A program made the position numbers and the translations under genes. 64,000 nt of DNA from Scyliorhinus canicula (lineage: Eukaryota). The notes beneath the pieces were generated by a model, which saw nothing but the letters and a program-made list of their open reading frames with translations, was not told where the DNA came from and ran no database searches. Below are positions 35,241 to 47,679 of this stretch, one piece after another; position 1 is the first letter of the stretch; each line of letters opens with the position of its first letter. The stretch spans positions 492,363 through 556,362 of the forward strand of contig NW_024055478.1 in NCBI RefSeq assembly GCF_902713615.1, in the 5' to 3' direction.

Positions 35241-38042
35241 CACATTGAATATAACAGATTGACGGGTGTTTAATGTCCGTGACAGAGATCCAGTGTTTGC
35301 CAAGAAATAAACAAACCAGGAAACATTCACATTGGAAACTGATGACCTGATTTGATGCAATTTTCTAATTAAATATAATCAATAAAGCAATCGAGGCGGG
35401 CCACCTCTTCAACCTGAGTAAATAAATGTATTGTTTTCTAAATTATTTTCAGTACAATTAAACATTCTCCAATAGCTTTGATATCGCACGCCAGTGTATT
35501 ACTCTTGTAGGAGTTAATTTATGTTGAATTAGTTAGTACTAATGTCGCATTGCAAGTTATTGCCAATTGTCAATTAGTTGTCCTGTCTGCTGATTTGTAC
35601 TCTATAACATAAATAATAAAAAATGGTTCTCTGTAATTCAAAACCTGTTGCTGCCTGAAATCTGCTAAATAATTTGGAGTTAATTAAATATTAAACTTCA
35701 AATTATCGGATGGAATAATTCAGACATGTGTAATATATCATCTGTTTCTTAAAGCGGTGCTCTCGAATTGATAAACTGTTGTTACTCGAAACTATATATC
35801 TAACAATAAAGTCCTTGTTAGTTTGTGATCAATAAAAGTGTTTCCGAGATTTAATCATTCAGGCAATTCGATTAACTTTATTCTTGAAAATATTGCTTAA
35901 AGAAAAATAGCATGACCGGAAAAGTTTATAGGCTGGGAATATTTTGTGATTATTTATGAAGCTGTTTTAATAATAACATACTGATTCTACAGCACTGTTC
36001 AGTTGCTCAAGACATATTTTAATTCTTTATTTCTCTGATTACGTTTTCAGTTACTTAAGTAGGAGTTTTATATTGCAGTTTGGCAATTTATGTATCCGGT
36101 TATTATATTAGTTATGTGCAGCAGCTCGTATATTATCTCTTCAGCGTCAGTTGTCGTTGTCTCTATTTTAATCATAAGGAGTTTCTCAGAGGTGGAAGTC
36201 GCTGAAAGTGAAGGAATTGTTCTTATGATTTTATCTAAATTGTAGAAATGTTCGTACTGCTCATTGCTGGAGACAGTAAAAGCTCGAAATTCAAAGAGAT
36301 TAATTTAATTACAAAAGGAGAATATTAGCTGTGCAAAAAATAATAACATCCTGTCTCGCAGAGCTGTGCTGTACACAATATAACAATAAAACAAATTATA
36401 CAATAGAAGAATGGATTATATCTGAGCCTCAAGCTTATTTCTTATTAAATCATAAATTGAACAAGAACATTTCTCCATCATTTTCTCATTATGTTTCAGT
36501 GATATAGAGGATCTGACTCAGTAGTTTTCATTAAGTGTTGCACTGATTAATGGTTTGCAGAGCACAGCAGAATGGTGGAAGGCGATTGATGATTAATGAC
36601 ATTAATATGATAACATATTTGGATAATATGGTTATAACATAGCATTATAATTATTTAAGTTATATTAATTTTACTCACTAATTTGAAAACGTTTTAATTA
36701 AATAGTTTCAGATTGCAGTAACGAATTGCGTTCTTAATGACGCCATGGTTTTGTTTAATCAGTTATCACCATGTTAAATTTAAAAATGTCTATCAAATCT
36801 TTAATTCCTTTCTTTATTTTCGAAACCTGCTGCGTTTACTCCCTACAATTGTATTTCAAGGAGATTAAAACACGCAAACCTTTTTACATTTAACCAGAAA
36901 ACGTGTAACTGCTCAATGTCACCCAGTTTGAACAATGCAGAAACTACAGAGAAACAGAAAACCGCTTCACAAATTGTACTTATTCAAAGTCACCCGGACA
37001 CAGTATCTCCTCAGCAGGAAAACCCCCAAATCATCGTAAGGGCTGAACCCGTTTCATTGAGAAACAGCTCAATTCTACATTCAACAGAATCAAACGTTAC
37101 ATTTCAAAAACATCTGAATATCGAATCTAGCAAACCAGTTCGCCACCAAATGTATGAATTATCAAACTAAATAGAAATACAAAACAACAGTAATATCACT
37201 GTGAGTATGTGGGGTATGTCCAAAATATTTTTGAAACTTTACCACATTTTATTCATATTGGACCATATTTCAAACGCATTTAAACAGTTGGAAGGAGAGA
37301 TAAAGCTGCATCCATCAATCCCACCAAGGTGGGACACTGAAGAAAAGCCAGGCTGTGATTGCAGTAACAAATTATGTTTGGAAAGAGCATTTTAAACTGT
37401 GGCTTAGTTTAATCTGCAACCATCACTTTTAAAAAGCACTCTAAAATCCTGACTGTATTCTGCCTAAAATCGTGCAGCAGTTTCAAACACGTGTATTGTT
37501 TTCATTCAATTACAAAACATGGAACCGCTCAGTATCAACGAGTATAAAGAACATAGAAACGCCAGAACCGTTTCATAAACTTTACTTATTCAAAATCACC
37601 CAGACAGAATCTCCTGAGCAGAAAAACACCAAATTACATCACCGAGGGGCTGAAATTCGTCTCATGGAGAACCAGCTCAAATCTACAATTCAACAGAATC
37701 AAACAGCATTTCAAGAAAATCTCAGTCTAGAACCCACGAAATCCGCCTTTCAGCAAGTGAATGAACAATTAAAACACACAGAAATATGGAAGAATATCAT
37801 CAGCATTGTCAATAAGCCTGAAGTGTTCAATAAATTGACATTGATGCTTCAGCATATTTTGTGAATATTGGGTCGATTTCTAACACTTGTACAGGAGGTG
37901 GTAAAACCTGCAGCCACCAGATGTCACTGAGATTAAACATTGCAGAAATACCAAACTGTTTACAGGCGTTAGGTATTTAAAGTACCCAGCCACACAGTAT
38001 CACTCAAGTAAAACAGTTCATAAATAATGGAATGGTTCTTAC

Positions 38043-38090
38043 CTGCAGTCACCGTCACTATGGTGCCTTGTCCCCAGTCGTCCATGGCGG
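38043..38090 (-). CDS. IGHJ: JH segment AMDDWGQGTIVTVTA
   Basis: WGQG motif, 48 nt, GTAAG donor at 38042, phase 1 compatible with CH1. Confidence 0.96.
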
Positions 38091-38128
38091 CACAATGTCA
38101 CATCCCTGGGCAGCTCCGTACAATAACC
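38091..38128 (-). other. JH 5' RSS, 22-bp spacer
   Basis: Plus strand reads CACAATG (38091-38097), 22 nt, ACAATAACC (38120-38128). Confidence 0.9.
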
Positions 38129-38456
38129 GCACCTACACAAAATAGACAGAAATCCACCATTATTTTAAATTTTCACAAACCAGTGGCAAAGTAAACTTGT
38201 AATGAATTTTCATTAAATTATAATTGCATTTGTGGATGTCGCTTGTTGTTCAGAAATGACGCTAATGTTTTATATTGCAGAGTAACACATGAACATGTTA
38301 TTGAAATCACTAACTAATGAGTGAATAATTGCCACAGATTTCCCATGTTAATTATTGTCATTTTGTCAGTGCTGGACATAAATAATGCTACACTGTGAAT
38401 AAAGTTGGATTGTAAAAGCGAGCACTAAGCTAGCCTCAGTTAATTAGTGCTGAGGG

Positions 38457-38484
38457 GCTTTTTGTACTGACAGTAACTGCTGTG
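38457..38484 (-). other. D 3' RSS, 12-bp spacer
   Basis: Minus strand reads CACAGCA, gttactgtcagt, ACAAAAAGC. Confidence 0.9.
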
Positions 38485-38507
38485 CCAGGTATATCCCCTG
38501 CTGTAGT
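38485..38507 (-). CDS. IGHD: DH diversity segment ACTACAGCAGGGGATATACCTGG (23 nt; all three frames open: TTAGDIP / LQQGIYL / YSRGYTW)
   Basis: Flanked on both sides by 12-spacer RSSs. Confidence 0.93.
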
Positions 38508-38535
38508 CACAGTGACAGACACCCGCACAAAAACT
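38508..38535 (-). other. D 5' RSS, 12-bp spacer
   Basis: Plus strand reads CACAGTG (38508-38514), 12 nt, ACAAAAACT (38527-38535). Confidence 0.95.
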
Positions 38536-38743
38536 GCACTCACTCTCTGTTCAGTCCTGCCGCTCAATATTCACTTCAAATACACGTTTACTTCTGATCT
38601 AATTTACTATTTATTCAAACGTTTACAAAACACAATGTACAAAGCTCTGCCCCAAATTATAGACATATTAAAACAAGGATCATATTCAGGTCAGTAATTG
38701 GTGAAACTGAGACATTACATATAAACACAGTCAAAATGATATC

Positions 38744-38943
38744 AGCAAATTACTGCGGATGCTGGAATCTGAAACGAAAGGGAAAATGCTGGAAAATCTC
38801 AGCAAGTCTGGCAGCATCTGTAGGGAGAGAAAAGAGCTAACGTTTCGAGTCCGGTGACGCTTTGACAAAGAGTCAAGTTAGCTCCTTTCTCTCCCTACAG
38901 ATGCTCCCAGACTTGTTGAGATTTTCCAGCATTTTCCCTTTCG
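38744..38943. mobile_element. 200-bp palindromic insertion with 13-bp target-site duplication, in the V-D interval
   Basis: Direct repeat tcaaaatgatatc at 38731-38743 and 38944-38956; ~68-bp inverted arms (~38774-38841 vs ~38876-38943). Related remnant at ~16470-16525. Confidence 0.85.
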
Positions 38944-39110
38944 TCAAAATGATATCGGTAGGTTTGTTAGGTTTTACTGTGAACATTTGTCTGTCTCAGT
39001 TGTGTCAGACGCGGTTCGTGGTCGGGTTCTGACCCCTGACATTAATATTAGATTTGGATCAAGTGCTGACCTTCAGGTTAAGGTGCAAGTTGCTGAATTC
39101 CCTCTCGAGC

Positions 39111-39149
39111 TGTTCTTGTGCGGGTCCAGCCCTGGTTCCTCTCACTGTG
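39111..39149 (-). other. VH 3' recombination signal sequence, 23-bp spacer
   Basis: CACAGTG (39149-39143), 23 nt, ACAAGAACA (39119-39111). Confidence 0.92.
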
Positions 39150-39454
39150 GCCTCTTGCACAGTAATAGATGGCGGTGTCTTCGGTCTTCAGGTTCGTCAT
39201 GGCCAAAGAGAAGATGTTGTTTGAAGTGTCTTTGGACGCAGTGAATCGATCTTTAATTGCTGGGGCGTAGTTGTTGTTAGATGAACTATAGTGGTAAAGC
39301 AGCCACTCCAGCCCCTGTCCGGGAACCTGGCGGACCCAGTACATGTCGTAGCTGCCAAGATTGAAGCCGCTGGTTTTACAGGTCAGTGTCAGGGAGCCTC
39401 CGGGACGCCCGGTCTCTGCCTCTGGCTGAGTCAACACAACATCCGACTGGACAC
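39150..39454 (-). CDS. IGHV: VH exon: [101 protein letters not shown]
   Basis: ttacag acceptor at 39455; open frame with canonical Cys, WVRQ, and YYCAR; followed directly by an RSS. Confidence 0.97.
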
Positions 39455-39582
39455 CTGTAAAAATATATCAAAAAGCCCGAGGATTAATGCTGGTGAAATG
39501 ATTGGTGACTCTGGAACATTCCAGAGAGAGACTAACACTGAGACAGTAACAGTGAGAGACTTGGACAATAAAAACTACTCAC

Positions 39583-39628
39583 GGGATAAGAAAGTCAGCA
39601 ACAAACTGAGAGAAATGGCCCACCTCAT
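39583..39628 (-). CDS. IGHV: VH leader exon MRWAISLSLLLTFLS(R); an in-frame upstream ATG at 39640 would add MTRR
   Basis: 46-nt exon ending at a GTGAGT donor (39582-39577); 128-bp intron; phase 1 joins to GT-GTC-CAG-TCG giving RVQS. Confidence 0.93.
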
Positions 39629-39718
39629 CCTTCTGGTCATTTGGGGGAAATGGTTGTGTCAGGAACTCAGTGAACAAACCAGCTCCCGGACTGTTGGATT
39701 CGGGTCCCAGTGAGCGGC

Positions 39719-39727
39719 ATTTAAATA
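39719..39727 (-). promoter_or_regulatory. TATA-like box of the VH promoter
   Basis: TATTTAAAT on the minus strand ~80-90 bp upstream of the leader ATGs (39640/39628). Confidence 0.65.
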
Positions 39728-42489
39728 CCCTGCAGAAGGGGGCGGCTTTCCAGGCGCCGCCTGTTGATTCCCTGGTGCAGGCGGCGACTGGATCCACGTC
39801 CCACCTTCCACCCGCACCCCCCTCCCCTCCCCGCCAACAGAATGGACACAGAGATTTATTATAGGTTATTATTAAAAGTGGACATTTATCTGTAGCGGGA
39901 TATTTATTTGTCTGAATTGATTCTTTATAACGTCCCCAATGGTTCTAATGGCGAACTTGGTGATAAAAAAAACTATTCCATTGTAAATTCAGTCTAATTT
40001 ACAACAATAAGAGTCTCAATCCCGTTTGCAAACAAGTATCATTCATCAGAGGAATTGTTAACGATTTATGTAACTAAATGCGGGAATGAACAACGTGATT
40101 CCATTTGCAGTGCGGTTGGCCATCACTGCACAATGTGGGCCTGGAGACAAGAAGGAACTCTCACATTACACAATGTCTCTCCTGGTATTTCTCGAACTGT
40201 TCCTGAGCCTCAGACAGTCCTGTGAACATTCGCGGTAAAAGAAGCCGCTTGCCTGATAATTCAGGAGTGAGTTGACAGAGAAACATAAAATGCACACCAG
40301 CTTTTGACAGAGAAGTTCATGAATCAGAACGGACGCGGCGATCAGCAAAGTTATTCTTCAGCATCCAAACCATTGCAGCTAATTGTACTGACCACCGGCT
40401 GTCTAACATTCACTGGTGTTGGGAACACAGGATGTCAGGACTTTGCGGCATATTACACAATATCACAGGAATAAATGTTTTATCTTCCACTGAAGCAGGT
40501 CATAAACTGGTCATTTCTCCACTCAATGGCAGCAATAAGAGGGACTGTTAAATAATGGAAATCAGCACAAATTAAACTGTACAGAACACGGTGTTAATCG
40601 GGTATAAGAGACGCCTCCGTTTAAATGAAATCAACAACTCGGAGAATATTCCAGGAATTCCGGCGGGTTGAAGGCAGTTTTAAGACTTTCTTTTAATTTA
40701 ACTTTTTTTTTTGCATTTCTACTGATCTTATTGGGCTTGTGGATTGGATCCATCAACACCCCTCACTCTCACTTGATTAGGTTTAAAAAAACGGACTTTA
40801 AAAACTAGTGACCTTTACTCGGAACGAAGATAAATTAAATAACCTCAGAGTGAACAGAGAATTCAGTTAATATATTTATTTAGATGAAATACCATCTAAA
40901 ACTTTTACTTCATGTGCGACTGAAAAATTTATTGTTTGAATGGATAAATCCCATTTAATCCATTCATATTCAGGTTAATCTGCCCCACACAGTATTTGGC
41001 AGCAATCCAGCAGCCTGCAGTCAGGGAGGCTCGAATGTTCAATGTTGTTTACAGGAAGCATCTGGATTTTTTTTCAAAGATCTGTTTGCTCAGTACTGAC
41101 CGCTTGGCTGCAGGCCAATTTCAAACTCTTAACATTGTCAATGAGGACCATTTATAAACAAATCTACCCAGCAACAGTACTGGAGATCATTTTACGTTTT
41201 AAATTGTGAACCTATTTGAATTGTTCCCACCTCTATGGAGAGTTATCCAGCTTCTCTTGCCACTCTTCGCAACATAGCCGGCTGACGGATCTCTCCCACA
41301 TCTCATAACATTGTGATGATGGATAGAAATACAATTGGACTATCAGACAGGGGCCCATTTGTAACAAATCAACATGTATATTCTTGCCTTTTTTCCTATA
41401 TGCTTCCATGGAACGCGGGACTCACTGGCAAGATCGCCACGTGTTCCCTGTCCCTAATTGCTGTTGAACTGAGTGGTTTGCTGGGCCAGCTCAGAAGGAA
41501 CTGAAGAGTCAGACATGTTGCTGTCTGACTGAAGCCACATGTGTGTGAGACCAGGGAGGGATGTCAGATTTCCTTCATTGGTGAAGCAGAGAGGATTTCA
41601 TGGCCACAGTTAGTCTGTATTCCAGATTTATTAATTTAACTCAAATTCCCCCACCGGCCATGGTGGGATTTGTTCCAGAGTTCCCACAGAATTAGCCCGG
41701 GCCTTTGGATTATTGGTTCAATGGCATGAATACTCCCCCGCCCACCCACCCAAAAGATAAAGGGATTACTGCTTTGATATCGGGATGGATGTTGGTTGGA
41801 TGCCTGAATATTTTGATTGAGGAATCAGTGAATGGCGTTGATGGATGGATAGATGGTCTGAAAGATGTTGTTCTACATTCTCAGTATTGCGCTTGATAAC
41901 TTCACAAATTAAAGCAGGTCCTCTATAGTTTGCGTCAGAATGGCACAATCGGCGGCTGAAGATTTTCTGGGTGAATTCCAACCCCAGACTATCGGGAACT
42001 GACGAGCTGGACGTCACTAAGAGGAAACTGGAGATATTCCTGCGGTTCTGGCGATTCTTCTCTGTTGATGGTGAATCTTTATCTCAAAGACAGAAAGCGG
42101 GAACATGATTACGTTGAGGAGGGACAGTTGTAATATTTGGAGCATGAGGTCATTGCATGTCAATCCAGATGTCCTCACCCAAATTAATGAAGACACCAGA
42201 CTAAAAACATATTAAAGTGAAAATAGAAATACGGTGAAATTCAGTGGACAGCTGCAGACATTGAATTACTTTACAAAACAGTGTAATAATAAATCGGGAT
42301 TTAAAGGTGCATTAACGTCATTAATACAGACATTAGATACAGACATTTTCATTTCCACCCTCACTTTAAAAATCATCTCACACTCCAGTCTGGAGATTCT
42401 GAGGTGATTACTGACCAATGCAGCAGAGGCTGCTGGGTAGCTGCACATAATCCTTGGTGTGGTTTAATTCCATTTCACATTGAATTCTT

Positions 42490-42705
42490 TTTTTTATAAA
42501 TTTAGATTACCCAATTATTTTTTCCAATTAAGGGGCAATTTAGCATGGCCAATCCACCTACTTTGCACATTTTTGGGTTGTGGGGGCGAAACCCACGCAG
42601 ACACGGTGAGAATGTGAAAGAGACAGTGACCCAGAGCCGGGATCGAACCTGAGACCTCAGCACCGTGAGGCGGTTGTGCTAACCACTAGGCCACCGTGCT
42701 GCCCT
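42490..42705 (-). mobile_element. Short SINE
   Basis: Core plus head gggcagcacggtggcctagtggttagcac (minus). Confidence 0.8.
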
Positions 42706-43049
42706 TTCACATTGAATTCTGATGTAGATGTGACTTCTTGGTGACAGAATGGTCAATGCTATCTCAATTAAGTTTACTCTGAATAAATTATGTTAAACAT
42801 ACGAATATAGGAAAGAGGAGCGGAAGAAGGCAATTCAGACCTTCGAGCCCACTCCGTCATTCAATCATCATGGCTGATCTCTTCCTGGTCTCAAATCCAC
42901 CTCTTTTAAATGAATTGCATTTACATTTTGTAAAAGAAAATGCGGATCATAATTGGTGAATATAACTTTTTTATGTAGTGAGTTGATGATAATTGATTAA
43001 TATTATTTAACTTTGTGAATTGTGACAATTGGTAATATTCGCCACGGAA

Positions 43050-43850
43050 TTGCTGAACAATGACCATCTCCAGGAAAGTAGAATCTAACCATCGCTCCTT
43101 GACATTCAGTGATATTGCCATCGCTGAATCCCCCACGATCAATACACTGGGGTTACCACCGACCAGAAACTGTACTAGACTAACCATATAAATGCTGAGG
43201 CTACAAGATACGGTCAGCGTCCAGGAAGCCTGCGGCGAGCAACTCACCTCCTGACTCCCAAAGCCTGTTTCCAATCTACAAGGCACAAGTCAGGAATGCA
43301 ATTGAATACTCTCCAGTGGCCTGGCTGCGTGCAGCTCCAACAAAATTCAAAAAGCTCGACACCATCCAGGCCAAAGCAGCCCCGCTTGACTGCCACCCTC
43401 TTGCCACTCATTCCATCCACCACCGACGAACAATGACAATAATGTACCACCCACAAAATGCACTGCAGGAACGCAGCAAATCTTCTTTGGAACACGTTCT
43501 AAACCCAGGACCATTACCTCCCAGAAGGAAAATATAGCTGACAAATGGGAAGATCACCACTTGGAAATTCCCCTCCAAATCTTCTAGTCCCTTCCCTGCT
43601 GACGATGTCGAATGTTTTTTGAGATTGATGAAAGTATGGTGAAGAGGTCTACCTCCAAATTACTCACTATCCTGACTTGGAAATATATCACCGAATCTTC
43701 GCTGTCGCTGGTTCAAAAACCTACAGCTGCCTCCCTAACAGCAGCGTCGGTGTACCTACACCAGAGTGACTGTAGAGATTCAAACAGGCAGTTCACCTCC
43801 TCTTTGTGAAAGGCAATTAGCGATGGACAATAAGTCATTGCTTAGCCCTC
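43050..43850 (+). mobile_element. Degenerate CR1/L2-superfamily LINE 3' fragment
   Basis: AW...AAPT..KKLDTIQ.KAA and SLVQK..NSLP-type motifs. Confidence 0.65.
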
Positions 43851-44679
43851 GACGGCCCCACCGTATAATTTAATTTAAAACTGTACTTTGTGGAACGATG
43901 GGAATTTGTCAATCTAACTACTTATATTCATAAATAAATGAAAATTGGTGAACATAATTGCTATGCTTCTGAACATTTATGACCTTCGCCTTCTCTGCTG
44001 GAAGATATAAGACATCCCAGAGGAGATTCATGATGCAAAATCATAACCAATACCGGAAAACAAAGTGGACAGAGGAGACTGCAGCAACTATCGACATATA
44101 TCATTCACAGCAGGACTGGGAAGGCTTCTCCACTGGTCACACTTTAAACACTTCATTTGCTTGCAGGCTGAATGTAGCTGAGAGCAATGTGTTTGCGTCG
44201 CTAGATTTACTCTGGACATGATCTGCTCCCTCTGCCACATGTCTACCTCTTCACCTTACTTTCGTCAATCTCAATAAACATTAGACACTGTCAGCGGAGT
44301 AGGGAATATAAGATTTGGGAAAGTTGGCTGTCTCCTAAAGCTCCCCTGTCTCAATCACTTCTTCCATGGCAAAATGCACTGCATTGTACAGTTTGATGAT
44401 TCCACTTAATCCAGATTCTAAGTGAATAATTGGGTGAAAGAGGACCATGTCCCACACCCAACTCTATTCTGCAGCTTCCTCTCCATGCTGCTGATCTTCG
44501 CTTTCCCTGAATATATGGATGATTCCCCTTGCACACTATGCCAGGCTGCAACCTCTACAACCTTTCAGTCATGAAAACGGAGATATAATCACAATATATC
44601 CTTATCAAATAATTTCTCTACGCTGAAAATTCGGTCATCCAAAAAAAACATTATCTACAGAGATTCATGGACTCTCTCC

Positions 44680-45230
44680 CCAGTGCCTGTAACTTGCTTC
44701 CTTCCCACACGCATGAGGAAAACCGTGGCCATGGGACAAGGTGTCGCACTCTCGCCACAGTCACACTAAATAAGAGCAAGTGAGCAGATTCTGCTCCCTG
44801 GTTTCCATGGTGAAAGACTGCCTGGATGTAGAATGTGATGCTGTCATGGGGAAAGCAGATGCGACCTTTACTTCACTCATTAAATGTCCATTGAATAACA
44901 TCAAGCTGACCCTTTGGAACAAGCAGATGGTTTATAAGGCCTGAACGCCAGAACCTTGCTGTATGGCTGTGAAACAAGGAACACTTACAGCTGTGAAGAA
45001 AAATAGCTCAGCCAATGTCATCTTTGTTGTCCGCAATGCATTATGGATATATACTGGCCGGACAAAATCAGAAACGCGGCAGTTCTCTCAAAGACAGAGC
45101 ATTCAAGTCTCTCCAAGATAATTAAAAAGAGGTGGCTTGCACATTTCCAGTGTGGTCTCTAAGTCGGCCATGGTCACACGACCAAGGAATTTCCTCTTTG
45201 CGAAGTAGCTGGAGCCACGCACCCAGTGGG
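44680..45230 (+). mobile_element. RTE-clade LINE remnant
   Basis: TLLYGCET and I.WPDKIRN.AVL motifs, heavily decayed. Confidence 0.55.
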
Positions 45231-46129
45231 AAGGCAGATATTCCACTTCAAGGATTCTTCCAAGTGTGACATAATGTCCTTAAACCTAGGAAATTTGTAT
45301 TTGCTCTGCTATCATGTGGGTAATATTGAGTTTAATATTTTACCAACGTCCCAGTGTGAACTGGGCTTGAGGGACAGGTCTACATGTGAACACAGGTGCA
45401 CTGCAATTTCCAAAAGTTAATGGAAAACTCTATTTTGTTCAAAATGATGAATTTACTCTTGTGTGACACTCTATCCATTGGAAAGTTGTTTTCATGGTGA
45501 GGTATATTTTCCTGCCTAGTTTTATATTCACCAATCGTCTGATACACTGGCAGTGTCAGACAGATCAGTGCTCTCACAGAATCACCAGATTAGCACCCAC
45601 AGGTTAAATATCCACCCAATCATAGAACTCTCATCTGGCTCAGAAGAGCAAGTGAATTCTCTGCAAAAAGGGATTAGCCGTTCATGTAGGTGTGCAGATA
45701 AAATATTGTTCTTGAGTTTTGCAACTGTAATCGATCAAGGCGCAATGTTATCTTCAGAATTAATTGTTTCGCTTTGCGATGTCTTCATGCATCTCGGCCC
45801 TAATCTCCGGCATGCATTCCGTACTCCTCTTTACCTCAATTCCCTTATTAAAATCACCCCATATAACGTGCCTCATCGACCAAGTTTTTAATAATCTGAC
45901 CTAATAACTCTTTACACACATATTAATCCAGACCCTGCAGCAGGAATGACTGCAATAGACCCTACAACAGTTTAGAATATTCCAGACCCTGAATCAATAA
46001 TCACTGCTCTATATCCTATATCATTTAGGGGTAATCAACCTTTGTATCAGTAATTCCTCCACGAGAGCCTGTCTCGGTTTATGTTAGTCTAGACCCTGCA
46101 TCAGTAATCACTGCACTAGATCCAAGCTC

Positions 46130-46395
46130 AGTAGCACTGTTGCTTCACAGCGCCAGAGTCCCAGTCTGTGCGGAGTCTGTACGTTCTCACCGTGTCTGAT
46201 TGGGTTTCCATCAGGTGCTCCGGTTTCCTCCCACAAGTCCCGAAAGATGTGCTGTTAGGTAATTTGGACAGTCTGAATTCTCCCTCTGTGTAGCCCAACA
46301 GGCGCCTAAATGTGGCGACTAGGAGCTTTTCACAGTGACTTCATTGCAGTGCTTATGTCAGCGACCTTGTGACAAAAAAAATTATTAGATTAGTT
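46130..46395 (+). mobile_element. SINE (same family as 9897)
   Basis: Shared core and tail. Confidence 0.8.
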
Positions 46396-47679
46396 TAGGT
46401 TAATCGCCACCCTGTATGAGTGATAATCATTTTAGACCTTGTCATAGAGTCATGGAGAGTTAGAGGTTTACAATACAGAAAGATGCCCTTCACCCACCAT
46501 ATCTGCGAAGGCAACCAGGTACCTATATATCGTAAGATAGTCCAGAGATGGGCTTCATACCATAAAACCATATGACACAGGAGCAGAATTAGACCATCCG
46601 GCCAATCGAGTGTGCTCCGCATTCAATCATAACTGTTAAGTTTCTAATAGCCTATCTCCTGCCTTCTCGCCATAACCCCTGATCCCCTTATTAATCAAGA
46701 AACTATCTATCTCTGTCAGCCCGGATGATATAGGAAAGATCCTTCGGCACTGCCACATCAAATCTTCACCACTCTGTGCAGCTCATGTTAGATACAGAGT
46801 ACATTTTTCCCTACATTCCCATTAAACACTACAAGGTAATTGAATGCTCCAACCACATTTTAGAGTAAAACGCCCTCTATGTATTCCAATTCATTGGATT
46901 CGATACATTTAGTTGGAAACCAATGGGGTGAGATTGGGCTGAGAGAATATATTGGACACATGTTGACTTCATGTTGTCGATTAAAGACAATGGCCCATCG
47001 TGGAGAGACATGAAACAGAACCAGTTAGGAGAAAGACACAGATATCAGATACAGGAAAACCCTGCGAACACATTTCGCATGTCATTATATTTCGAGATTG
47101 GAGGGAATCTTTCCTCATTCTGAACATGGATATCATCATGGCATTTTTCTCATATAACTGATGAAGAGACAAATGTCCAAAAACAAACACTACTGGAATC
47201 GGTTGATCTATTTACATCTTTATCTCTATTTCTGTGCTGTGCCGGTGGGGATATAGATGTTGTGCTTTTGTCAGTCCACAATCTAATCTGGGACTTCTAT
47301 TTCTGTGTTTATTAACATAAACACCTCACTGGTCACAATGAAATGTTCATGTTAGCAAAACGAGATAAACACATTCACGTATTGATTAGTTTCAACTCAA
47401 AATAGCGGGTTATTTTAAGCATATTGACAGAATAATAAAATGTATAGAAACTTCCATTAGAACAGATGTTTCTTAATTGAAATACAAAATACGTTTAAAT
47501 TAAAGATTATTTCTGAAAGTTCTGATGCCTCAATTAATAAAACATCTTTAAACAGGCCATTATTCCACTGAATGTTAATTTGATTGAAATAGTAACCGAT
47601 TTAAAGTAGATAAATCCAAACATCAGGCAGAGAAGTGAACTATATTCACATTAATCTCAGATCTTTCAACATATTATGA

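Larger units (their letters stand above)
13150..39727 (-). other. IGHM: Complete shark-type IgM heavy-chain cluster (L-VH-D-JH-CH1-CH2-CH3-CH4/sec-TM1-TM2)
   Basis: All segments found in order on the minus strand with RSSs, GT/AG splice sites and phase continuity (see individual features). Confidence 0.97.

Noticed and set aside
36916-37864. Two mutually similar short ORFs (84 and 130 aa) on the plus strand
   Set aside because: The similarity reflects the local DNA duplication; they are antisense within the IgM intron and have no domain signature.
38536-39110. Candidate D1 heptamers (cacaatg 38631, cacagtc 38726, tactgtg 38975)
   Set aside because: None has a credible nonamer at 12 or 22/23 bp, with or without the palindromic insertion, and no pair brackets a D-sized segment.
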